Assembly (NCBI GenBank): GCA_965207735.1
Contig: OZ242296.1
Location: forward strand, 96,001 to 160,000
Origin: Candidatus Versatilivorator sp.
Lineage (GTDB): Bacteria > Acidobacteriota > Terriglobia > Versatilivoradales > Versatilivoraceae
Reading direction: 5' to 3'
Length of the DNA stretch: 64,000 bases
Under the pieces are notes generated by a model that made no database searches, was not told the origin of the DNA, and saw nothing but the letters and a program-made list of their open reading frames with translations. The position numbers were made by a program, and so were the translations under genes. Positions 19,600 to 28,459 of this stretch are shown here, one piece after another. The number at the start of each line of letters is the position of its first letter. Within the stretch, counting starts at the first letter, position 1.

Positions 19600-19839
19600 G
19601 GGAACCTCCAGTGTCATCTCCTCGGGGATGGGGTGCGGTTGCCGTTACGGAACCGAGCCCTCGGTCTGGAAAATTGCGCCAACGATTGGAATCCAAGCAC
19701 GGGTCAATTATACGCCAGGGGCTCGGGAACCGTCACCCTTTCTTCGGCGAACGTGGGTTGGCGTCCGCTTGCATTGACGTAGAAACCTGTCCCTCGGTTT
19801 CGAAAAGTAAGAAATGAATAAGACGCCGGTTCCGGACGA

Positions 19840-20961
19840 TCAGCCGGTGGCCGCTGTCCTTGGAGAGAGCTGGCGCTGGAGGGCGGGCATGACCTCGGAG
19901 GCGAACAACTCCAGGCTGTGGATGTGCCGCTCCTTGTCGTCCCAGTCGTGAGCCACCAGCACCAGCGTGCCGAACGGTCCCACCTCCCGGCGCAGCTCAA
20001 CGATCTGACGGGTCACCTCTTCCGGGTCGCCGGCAATGACGACCTCGTTCATGAAGTAGTCGAGGTTGCAATCGGCGTCGTTCATCTCGGGGTCTCGCCG
20101 AAACAGCTTCAACTCGCCCGCGAACTTCCGGGTGAAGGTCAGGATGTATTCGATGGTCCAGCCCAAGGTATTTTGGCGCGCCAGGCGCTTGGCTTCCGCC
20201 GTCGTGTCGGCCACGAAGATATTGAGGGAAACCTTCCAGTCCCGCGGCTGGGGTGTTCGTCCGGCCTGCCCGGCCGCCTGGCTGTAGGTGATCCAGTGAT
20301 CCTTCAGCACCTCGCGATGGAGCATATGGTGGCTGAAGGGCTGAAAACCCCGGGCGCCGGCCATTTTGACCGTTCCCGAACCACGGCTCATGCAGGGCAC
20401 CGCGATTGGAGGGTGGGGAAGTTGGTAGGGCCGGTGAACCACTCCGGTCCCCAGATCATCCGAAACACTCTCCTGCAGCCGGTAGTCCCAGAATTTGCCG
20501 GTCATCTCCCGCGGCGGTGTTTCCCCCCAGAGTTTCAGGATCATGTCGATGGATTCGGCGACCATGGCCCCGCTGTTCTTGGGTTCGACCTTGTGCACTT
20601 CCAGGTCGGAGGGAACCGCGCCCGGCCCGAAGCAGAGGTTCAGTCGTCCCTTGCACAGATGGTCCAGGAACGCCAGGCGCCCGGCTACCTGGGCGGGGTG
20701 GTGGTATTGAAGACAAATGGGGGCCGGTCCCAGGCGAATCCTCTCGGTCAGGGTAAACGCCTTGGCCAGAAAGATCTCCGGCATGACGATGTTTTCGTAG
20801 CTGGAGGTGTGGTGCTCGCCTACCCAGAACTCCTCGTATCCCCACTCCTCGCAGCGGCCGATCAGCTCCAGATCCTCGTCGTAGCACTGGGCCTTGGGCT
20901 TGGCCGGGTTGTGGATGGGCATCAGAAACATGCCGTATTTCAGGGGTTGATCGGGACTCAT
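19840..20961 (-). CDS. LLM-class flavin-dependent oxidoreductase
   Basis: YGMFLMP, WVGEHH and AFLDHL..GRL motifs of the luciferase-like family. Confidence 0.9.
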   Translation of the reverse strand: MSPDQPLKYGMFLMPIHNPAKPKAQCYDEDLELIGRCEEWGYEEFWVGEHHTSSYENIVMPEIFLAKAFTLTERIRLGPAPICLQYHHPAQVAGRLAFLDHLCKGRLNLCFGPGAVPSDLEVHKVEPKNSGAMVAESIDMILKLWGETPPREMTGKFWDYRLQESVSDDLGTGVVHRPYQLPHPPIAVPCMSRGSGTVKMAGARGFQPFSHHMLHREVLKDHWITYSQAAGQAGRTPQPRDWKVSLNIFVADTTAEAKRLARQNTLGWTIEYILTFTRKFAGELKLFRRDPEMNDADCNLDYFMNEVVIAGDPEEVTRQIVELRREVGPFGTLVLVAHDWDDKERHIHSLELFASEVMPALQRQLSPRTAATG

Positions 20962-21241
20962 GCTGGATTCCTCACTGGGTTCACGTGGTTCGAGCTCCCC
21001 GGCTGCAAGAATCGGAAACATATATTCAACCCCGGATAGAGTCAATCTCAAAAGGGAGCTGCGATTTACAGGACAACGGGAGATGAAATCCGCTAACAGA
21101 GCGGATCCAATCGAGCTCATCTCTCCAATGCCCGGGATCGTCGTTCCGGGACGCGCTTTTCTCTTTGAGTTGTCCCGAAACATCGAATAGATTAAGTGGC
21201 TGATTCACAGCTATGAGGCCGGGTCGGCGCCAGGCCCGGGA

Positions 21242-22546
21242 ATGCCGACATCGAAGGGAGAAGAATCGAAGATGCCCAACGGGAACTGCTACACCGACGA
21301 CTGGAAACGGACCACCCCCGACTATGCGGTCTATCTGCAGGAGGCACCCGGAGAACGCGACGAGTATTCCGACCACATTCACGTCTTTTACACCCCGGGA
21401 GGCGATCTCATGTGCATGTGGACCCAGGGTTCCTATGAGAGTTCTCCCGACCTGCGGGTGGTTTGCTCCCGCAGCAAGGATGGTGGAAAGACGTGGTCCC
21501 CGATCGTTGCCATTGACGAACCCAAGTACAAGAACATGGTCCCGGCCCTGGGATTCCCCCTGATCAGCCGCACGGGTCGGATTTACTGCCTCTACAACCA
21601 GCATCTGGGTTACGGCGACGGGGGACTCTACTCCGGGCCCCTGCGGGTAAAATATTCCGATGACGACGGTCACACGTGGATCGCCAGTGGCGTGGATCTC
21701 CCCTGGCGGCGGACCCGTTTCGACCACCCCGATCCCAAGGTCCATCCCAGCGGGATCATCTGGCAGCAGCCTATCCGGGACGCCAGGGACCGGGTGATCG
21801 TGGGATTCACGCGCTGGAGCAGCAGCATGGCTTATCCCCGACCCATCGGGGGAAATCGCAACCACTCCGACAGCGGCATCGAGTTCATGCGCTTCGAGAA
21901 TGTGGACGAGGGCCCCCACCCCAGGGACCTGAAAATCACTTGGCTGCCGGACGAGGCAGGAACCGTTCGAGTCTCGCCCAACATCGAACCCGAGCACTCC
22001 CGAGGCTACAGTCTGGCCCAGGAGCCGGGCTTGGTGCTTTTGCCGGACGGGCGCTTGTTCACCACCATGAGGACCGTCACCGGTTACATCTGGTACACGG
22101 TTTCCGATGACCACGGCCACAGTTGGCGTCCCACCCAACCCATGCGCTATCGAGACAACGGCGCCAAGGTCGAGCATCCCAAGTCGCCCGAGCCCCTCTA
22201 CCGCCTGGCCGATGGCCGTTACCTGTTCTTCTACCACAACCACTCCGGCTACCGGGACGGGGCCACCGGCCCCTGGGACATGGACGCCCGCCGTCCCGTA
22301 TACATCACCGTGGGAGAGTTTCGCCCCCAGGCGGAGCAACCCCTCTGGTTCAGCGAGCCCAAGTTTCTCTTCGACACCCAGAAGGTCACCGCCGGGGTGA
22401 CCCGGCTCTGGTGGCTGGCCATGTACGCCAGCCTGACGGAGAGGGACGGCCAGCGCACCTTCTGGTACGCTGACCGCAAACAGTTCGTCCTGGGAAAAAA
22501 CATCACCGACGAGATGCTGGCCGACATGAAGGCCCCGGAGGCATAA
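21242..22546 (+). CDS. Sialidase-family (BNR/Asp-box) protein
   Basis: Asp-boxes SKDGGKTW, SDDDGHTW and SDDHGHSW. Confidence 0.85.
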   Translation: MPTSKGEESKMPNGNCYTDDWKRTTPDYAVYLQEAPGERDEYSDHIHVFYTPGGDLMCMWTQGSYESSPDLRVVCSRSKDGGKTWSPIVAIDEPKYKNMVPALGFPLISRTGRIYCLYNQHLGYGDGGLYSGPLRVKYSDDDGHTWIASGVDLPWRRTRFDHPDPKVHPSGIIWQQPIRDARDRVIVGFTRWSSSMAYPRPIGGNRNHSDSGIEFMRFENVDEGPHPRDLKITWLPDEAGTVRVSPNIEPEHSRGYSLAQEPGLVLLPDGRLFTTMRTVTGYIWYTVSDDHGHSWRPTQPMRYRDNGAKVEHPKSPEPLYRLADGRYLFFYHNHSGYRDGATGPWDMDARRPVYITVGEFRPQAEQPLWFSEPKFLFDTQKVTAGVTRLWWLAMYASLTERDGQRTFWYADRKQFVLGKNITDEMLADMKAPEA

Positions 22547-22551
22547 GGCTT

Positions 22552-24414
22552 GTGAAAAAGACACAGATGAGAAATCAGATGCCGTTCGGGTGGCCTGCCG
22601 CCCTGCTCCTTTCATCGGCCATCCTCTGGACCGGCTGTTCGGTGTCGCCCCCTTCCGGTGAGCAACCCGCGGCGGGGACTTCCAACGCTGTTTCGGAGCC
22701 CAACGCCATCTATCTGACCGACCTGGAGAAGTGCCAGCCGGCTTCCGCCCTGGCCAGTGAATGGAAACATGGCACTTGGCGGCTGCTTTCCTACGCCACT
22801 GATTCCTTCAGCGGCAACCTGCTGGTGGCCGCCGAGGACAACCGGCCACCTGAAATCACCTATCCGCTGCAGCGGGAAGGATGGCACCGGATCTACATCG
22901 GCATCTACCGCGAACCGTTCACCGGCCCCAGACGAATTCAGGTCCGCCTGAGCCACGACAAGGCCTTCGCCACCCTGACGGGGCTCGAGGGGGCCAAGGA
23001 CCATCAGGAGCATTTTATCGATGATATTTTCTGGAAGGAAGCCGACCTCACCGGTAGGGACATCGTTTTCAAGCAGATCGTCGAGCCCATGGCGGTGCAC
23101 GCCTGGGTCGCTTACATCAAGCTGGTGCCCCTCACTGAGAAGCAGGTGCGATCCATCCAGACTGACCGTCGTCGCAAGGACACCAAGAGACTGTTCATCC
23201 ATAACGACGCCGGAGTGATCGATCGCAGCGGAACCGAGCAGAAAATCCGGGATCAACTGGAACCGCTGCGTCATTCCGACGTGGCCCGGGTCTACTGGGA
23301 ATTCGGTACCGGCGACCGGGCCAAGCGTTTCTCCAAGATCGCCCGGGACCACTCGCTGGATTTGACCCAAGCAACAGGGGGCCGTCCCTTCTTTACCAGC
23401 CCCCACAGCCGCTGGTGGGCCGAGAGCTGGAAGGCCTACCACGAGAACGGGGTGGACCCCTTTCTGGTGGCTGCCGAGTACGCCCGCCAGGTGGGAATAG
23501 AGTTCCATGCCTCCTACCGTCCCGGGGGCTTCATCTACCCGGCCAACTATGGTCCGACGCTTCCGGGCGTCAGCTTTTATGAAAAGCACCCGGAGTTGGT
23601 CTGCATGAATCGCGAGGGCAAACCCATGCCCCGTATCTCCTATGCCTTCCCCGAGACTCGGCGCTATGTGTTGTCGCTCTATCGTGAAGTGGCCACGGAA
23701 AATCCTATCGACGGAGTGGCGGTTCTCTACAATCGCCGCCCACCGCTGGTGGCCTACGAGGCGCCGGTGGTTGAAGGGTTTCAGAAAAAGTACGGCTTGG
23801 ACCCGCGCCAGCTTCCGGAGAATGATCCTCGCTTCATGCGCCACCGTTCACAGTTCCTGACCCAGTTCATGAGAGAACTGCGAGCCGAGATGGACCAGGT
23901 AGCTCGAGAGCTGAAGAGGGAGACGCCCTTCGAGATCACAGCTGTTGTTTCCAATGGCGAAGAAAACCTGCTGTTGGGGATGGACCTGGCCACCTGGGTC
24001 GAGGAAGGTCTGGTGGATGTGATTATTCCCTATTCCTCGGTCGAGCGGATAGGAGCCTATGGAAACAAAGTTGGCCCAAACACATGGGACGGCGAACCCA
24101 GCTGGGAGGACCCCCAGGATGTGGAGTGGTTTGTCTCCCTGGTCAAGGGCACCCGAACCCGGGTGGCCCTGAACATGATGCCGCGGTTCCTGACGAAGGA
24201 AGCTCAATACCGCAAGGCACACCAACTCTACGAGGCCGGGGTGGAAAACCTCTTCTTCTGGGACGGGACCCACAGAGTGCGCAATGTTCTGCGGCTGGGA
24301 CACCGGGAAGAGGTGTCTGACTGGATGGCTTCGGGTCAGCCTCCCTTCCGACCCACCAACGTAAGGGTTTGGGAACTGGGGGGATGGGACCTGCACACTG
24401 AAACCCCCGGGTAG
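22552..24414 (+). CDS. Putative lipoprotein with a glycoside hydrolase-like (GHL10-type) TIM barrel
   Basis: Lipobox-like WTGC; GIEFHASYR, ISYAFPETR, IDGVAVLYNR and W..EGLVD motifs. Confidence 0.65.
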   Translation: MKKTQMRNQMPFGWPAALLLSSAILWTGCSVSPPSGEQPAAGTSNAVSEPNAIYLTDLEKCQPASALASEWKHGTWRLLSYATDSFSGNLLVAAEDNRPPEITYPLQREGWHRIYIGIYREPFTGPRRIQVRLSHDKAFATLTGLEGAKDHQEHFIDDIFWKEADLTGRDIVFKQIVEPMAVHAWVAYIKLVPLTEKQVRSIQTDRRRKDTKRLFIHNDAGVIDRSGTEQKIRDQLEPLRHSDVARVYWEFGTGDRAKRFSKIARDHSLDLTQATGGRPFFTSPHSRWWAESWKAYHENGVDPFLVAAEYARQVGIEFHASYRPGGFIYPANYGPTLPGVSFYEKHPELVCMNREGKPMPRISYAFPETRRYVLSLYREVATENPIDGVAVLYNRRPPLVAYEAPVVEGFQKKYGLDPRQLPENDPRFMRHRSQFLTQFMRELRAEMDQVARELKRETPFEITAVVSNGEENLLLGMDLATWVEEGLVDVIIPYSSVERIGAYGNKVGPNTWDGEPSWEDPQDVEWFVSLVKGTRTRVALNMMPRFLTKEAQYRKAHQLYEAGVENLFFWDGTHRVRNVLRLGHREEVSDWMASGQPPFRPTNVRVWELGGWDLHTETPG

Positions 24415-24502
24415 CCGGCCGGCTGACGCATCGGCCGGGACATTTGTGGGCAGGACGCCCGTGCTCCCCGGCGATGCCGTAGGTTGAGATTCACTCACGG
24501 GG

Positions 24503-24645
24503 CGCCGCGTATGCCCCCCACCGGATCGATTGCGGGCTGGCGCACCCTCGCGACGCCGCGTCTGCCCCCCTCTGGATCGACTGCGGGCTGGCGCACCTTC
24601 GGGACGCCGAGTTTGCCCCCCTCCGGCTCGACAGCGGGCTCCGCC
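24503..24645 (+). repeat. 51-bp tandem repeat, about 2.8 copies
   Basis: Unit cgccgcgt.tgcccccc.c.ggatcga.tgcgggctggcgcacc.tcg.ga. Confidence 0.8.
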
Positions 24646-24652
24646 CTCTCGC

Positions 24653-24805
24653 CGACTCCCCCTCAAGGGGGGAGTGATACTTGTGGCCTGTAGAGGGCTT
24701 ATTGCCCCATTCCTGGGCAGGATGTAAACCATGTTCCCGGTCTACCGCATAAACTCCGTTCCCACTTCATAACACGGATATCACTCCCCCCTTGAGGGGG
24801 AGTCG
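24653..24805. repeat. Inverted pair of REP-like palindromes
   Basis: gactccccctcaaggggggagtgata (24654-24679) and its exact reverse complement (24779-24804). Confidence 0.85.
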
Positions 24806-24883
24806 CAGAAGTCGAGCCGAATGGCGAAGGCTGATGCGGTGGGGGACAGGCGCCGGGCCGCCATTCCGTGTCGGAAGGTCCGG

Positions 24884-26218
24884 TCAGGGGCCTGGCTGCC
24901 GGTCCAGCCGGAGCAGCGTTTGCAGCAGCAGGTTGGCTCCGTTGGTGACGTCGCGCGGTTTGGTGTATTCCTTTGGGGAGTGGCTGATCCCGCCCACGCT
25001 GGGAACGAAGATCAGGGCGGAGGGAGCAATGTGGACCATATTCTGGGCGTCGTGGGCGGCCCCGCTGGGCAGCCGGGCGTAGCTCAGGCCCAGGGCGTCG
25101 GCCGTTTGCCGGATCACCTCCTGCAGGTTCGGGTCGGTGAGGGTCGGCTCCACTCGGATGTCGATTTCCTTGAACTCGATCCCGGCGTCGGTCTCCTGCT
25201 CAATGATTCGCGCCGTGCGCCGTATTTCCTGGGAAACCTCCTCCAGCTTGGATTGTTCGAGATCGCGCAGCTCCAGGCTCAGTTCCACCCGTCCGGGAAT
25301 GACGTTGGGAGCTCCCGGCTCGGCCGTGATGCGCCCCACCGTGGCCACCTGTCTTCCGGGCAGGCTTGTAGCGGCTCGGTTGACCGCGATCACCAGCCTG
25401 GCGGCCGCCAGCAGGGCGTCCCGGCGGGCGTTCATGGGGGTGGTGCCGGCGTGGTTGGCTGAACCCGTCACGGTTACGTCCCACCACCGGATCCCAACGA
25501 ATCCTTCCACAATACCTACGTCGATTCCTTCCGACTCCAGGCTGCCGCCTTGCTCGATGTGCAACTCCAGGTAAGCCTTCACCTCTCCAGGCCGGCGTAT
25601 GGCACGGGAGATTCGGTCGGCATTCCCTCCCAGGGCTGCAATCCCTTGCCGGATGGAAATTCCGCTGCGGCTGGATTCCTCCAGGGCTTGGGCGTTGAGC
25701 CGGCCCGCCAGGGCACGGCTGCCGGTCAAGCCTCCCTCCTCGTTGGCGAAGACAATGACTTCGAGGGGGATTCGGGTCCGGATTCCCTGCTCCCCCAGCA
25801 CCTGGACGCACTCGATGGCCGCCATCACTCCCAGCACGCCGTCGTAGGCGCCGGCCAGAGGCACAGTGTCGATGTGCGACCCCAGCACAATGGGGGCGAG
25901 TTCGGGCGATTCACCCTGCAGGCGCCCCGACAGGTTGCCGGCGTGGTCGATGCCGACCTCCAGGCCGGCCTCCCGCATTAGCCGGGTCACGTATTCCCGG
26001 CCGCGAAGGTCGGCTTCGGTGAAAGCCAAACGGGTCACACCCTGGGGACTCCCTCCGATGCGGGCCAGTCGGTCAATGCGCTCCTGGAGGCGTTCCGCAT
26101 TGACCCGGAGAGCCGTCGGCTCTCCGGATTCAGTCCCTTGCAGGGGCCATGAGAGCAGCAACAAGCCGAGGGTCAGGCGGCAGAGACCGGGCAATCTGCT
26201 GATTTCGGATGGCTGCAC
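24884..26218 (-). CDS. Zn-dependent amidohydrolase, M20 family (allantoate amidohydrolase / N-carbamoyl-amino acid hydrolase-like), with signal peptide
   Basis: GSHIDTV, YDG.LG, NEEG, ELHIEQG, NHAGTTPM and SGAAHDA motifs. Confidence 0.92.
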   Translation of the reverse strand: MQPSEISRLPGLCRLTLGLLLLSWPLQGTESGEPTALRVNAERLQERIDRLARIGGSPQGVTRLAFTEADLRGREYVTRLMREAGLEVGIDHAGNLSGRLQGESPELAPIVLGSHIDTVPLAGAYDGVLGVMAAIECVQVLGEQGIRTRIPLEVIVFANEEGGLTGSRALAGRLNAQALEESSRSGISIRQGIAALGGNADRISRAIRRPGEVKAYLELHIEQGGSLESEGIDVGIVEGFVGIRWWDVTVTGSANHAGTTPMNARRDALLAAARLVIAVNRAATSLPGRQVATVGRITAEPGAPNVIPGRVELSLELRDLEQSKLEEVSQEIRRTARIIEQETDAGIEFKEIDIRVEPTLTDPNLQEVIRQTADALGLSYARLPSGAAHDAQNMVHIAPSALIFVPSVGGISHSPKEYTKPRDVTNGANLLLQTLLRLDRQPGP

Positions 26219-26589
26219 GGGCTTCTCCCGGATTGGGCTGATTCCACTGGTTGTCGAACTTCCCTCAGGAGCCTTGGACTCCTGCGCCAGCCATCATACC
26301 CGATGCGGGGGAATCGGGATCACCAACCGGCGCTTGCCGGCCGCCGGAGGGGTGGCAGGGGGGCGGCAGGGCTTGCGCCGACGGGATCGCGCAATTATAC
26401 TGGTTATGTCCTCGAAGACTCCCTCTCCACACGGACTGTTTGTGGGCTGATCGTTTCGTTGCGGCCATTGCCAGCCCTGCAGACAATTCGGGACTGACGG
26501 TCCACTGCCACCGGCAACGGGATTGAACGGTGCGCAGATGGACCGCCAAGTGAGATCCGTTGGAGCCAAAGAAAGGAGAGGGAGGCGCC

Positions 26590-27135
26590 ATGAGCATCAT
26601 GGTCACGGAGATTTATCGGGCGCTTGTCGATGCGGGGGCGTCAGAGGAAAAAGCCAGAGCGGCGGCGGAAGCCATTCCCGACATGTCGGATCTAGCCGAT
26701 AAAAATGACGTTGCCGAATTCAGGTCCGAGTTGAAGCACGACATTGGCAATCTTCGGTCCGAGCTAAAACAGGACATCGCCGATTATCAGTCCGAGCTAA
26801 AACAGGACATCGCCGATTATCAGTCCGAGCTGAAGCAGGACATTGTTGATGTTCGGTCCGAGTTCAAACGCGAGATTGTTGAACTACGGTCCGAGTTCAA
26901 ACACGAGATTGTTGAACTACGGTCCGAGTTCAAACGTGAGATTGTTGAACTACGGTCCGAGTTGAAACAGGATACCGCCGATCTTCGGTCCGAGCTGAAG
27001 CAGGATACCGTCAATCTTCGGTCCGAGCTGAAGCAGGACATTGTCGGACTGAAGGCCGACCTGTACAAGCACATGTGGCTCATGCAGGGAGCGACCGTCC
27101 TTGCCATCGTCGGCCTATTGAAACTCCTGCCTTGA
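26590..27135 (+). CDS. DUF1640/CCDC90-like coiled-coil protein with 11-aa tandem repeats and a C-terminal TM anchor
   Basis: EIYRALVDAGASEEKARAAAEAI head, about ten (L)RSELKQDIxx repeats, hydrophobic tail; GGAGG RBS. Confidence 0.8.
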   Translation: MSIMVTEIYRALVDAGASEEKARAAAEAIPDMSDLADKNDVAEFRSELKHDIGNLRSELKQDIADYQSELKQDIADYQSELKQDIVDVRSEFKREIVELRSEFKHEIVELRSEFKREIVELRSELKQDTADLRSELKQDTVNLRSELKQDIVGLKADLYKHMWLMQGATVLAIVGLLKLLP

Positions 27136-27348
27136 TTGCAGCGGCTCTGATACGTGACTCGTACGGGCCAAATTTCCAGACGCTCATCATCCGGCAACGA
27201 CCTGCGAGGCCGGGTTCTGGAACCCTTCACATTCCATCCTCGGAATCACGCCCATCACGGTCCCGGCACGGCATTGTGCCTCTTGCCCCTGCGGTGGTAA
27301 CATGCTGTCAACTCCAGAGTTGACGTGAAGGTGGGAGGAAACCCGACG

Positions 27349-28392
27349 ATGCCCGGCTCCAGCCGCAGAGCGCTTCTCAGGAAGGTGGGCCTGATGGCCG
27401 GGGCCGCCGCGTTGAAGGCTCCGGTCGCCGGATGGGCCGGACCGCGTTCCCCCAACCGCCCGGACATGGACCGATTGCGGGAGCGTATCCAGGGCGTTCA
27501 CTGCTTTATGGTGACTCCCTTTCATCCGGACGGCAGCCTCAACGCCGAGGGTCTTCGCCGCAACATCGCCCACCACGCCGATGCCGGAATCCAGGACATG
27601 ACCATCGTGGTTGGGGGCGGCATGGGGGAGATCTTCTCGCTGGACCTGCAGGAGCATCGGGCCATGGCGGAAGCCGCGGCCAGTGGCGCCCAGGGCAAGT
27701 TGCCGGTGGTGGTGGGGGCCTGCGGCGGCTACCGCATGGCCGGGATCATGGCCCGCAACGCCCAGGAAGCCGGCGCCGACGCCATCCTCCTGTTTGCGCC
27801 CCCTTACTGGAGCTGGATTCCCGGGTACGACGAGGGCACCATTCGCTACTTCACCGAGGTGGCGCAATCGATCGACATCGGAGTGGTGCTGGCCACGGTG
27901 TCGGGCCACAATTTCCCCACCGGCAAGGAGAAGTACTGGCCCAGGGTCCTGAAACGTCTGTCCGAGCTTCCCAATGTCCTGGGATTCGAGGATTCCAGCG
28001 GCGACATCGCCATGGGACAGGAGTTGGGGACTCTGGTCTCCGACCGGCTGGTCTGGATCGCCCGCGGCGAGGGGCACGCCGTCAAGGCCCTGCCGGCCGG
28101 AGCCCGCGGCAACACCTCGGCCGTGGCCACCTTCGTCCCTCAGGCCTGCAGGGAGTTTTGCAAGCAGGGGCAGCTGGGAGAGGTCGAGCGCATGCAGGAG
28201 GTGCTCCGGACGCGGATACAGCCCATGGCTCGAGTCAGGTCCCTCAGTCCCGGCTACCACGTGAGCGGGATCAAGGTAGCCCTGGAGGCCCTGGGTCGGG
28301 CCGGCGGTCCAGTCAGGCCCCCGAGCAGGGCCGTGCTTCCCGAGGACCGACCCCGGATCACCGCCATCGCCCGCGAGCATGCCGAGGCTTGA
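27349..28392 (+). CDS. Dihydrodipicolinate synthase family protein (5-dehydro-4-deoxyglucarate dehydratase-like) with Tat signal
   Basis: SRRALL twin-arginine; VTPF..DG, GGMGE, AGADAILLFAPPY and PNVLGFEDSSGD motifs. Confidence 0.88.
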   Translation: MPGSSRRALLRKVGLMAGAAALKAPVAGWAGPRSPNRPDMDRLRERIQGVHCFMVTPFHPDGSLNAEGLRRNIAHHADAGIQDMTIVVGGGMGEIFSLDLQEHRAMAEAAASGAQGKLPVVVGACGGYRMAGIMARNAQEAGADAILLFAPPYWSWIPGYDEGTIRYFTEVAQSIDIGVVLATVSGHNFPTGKEKYWPRVLKRLSELPNVLGFEDSSGDIAMGQELGTLVSDRLVWIARGEGHAVKALPAGARGNTSAVATFVPQACREFCKQGQLGEVERMQEVLRTRIQPMARVRSLSPGYHVSGIKVALEALGRAGGPVRPPSRAVLPEDRPRITAIAREHAEA

Positions 28393-28459
28393 GCACCGGG
28401 GCTGATCCCCAAGTGGAGCGCGCTCCACCTGAATCGGAAATCATGAAGGTGCGAGTATC

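Noticed and set aside
24503-24645. Possible CRISPR array
   Set aside because: The 51-bp units are contiguous with no unique spacers, and there are no cas genes.
26722-27050. Possible CRISPR array or DGR repeat
   Set aside because: These are in-frame 33-bp coding repeats without spacers, and the window has no reverse transcriptase.
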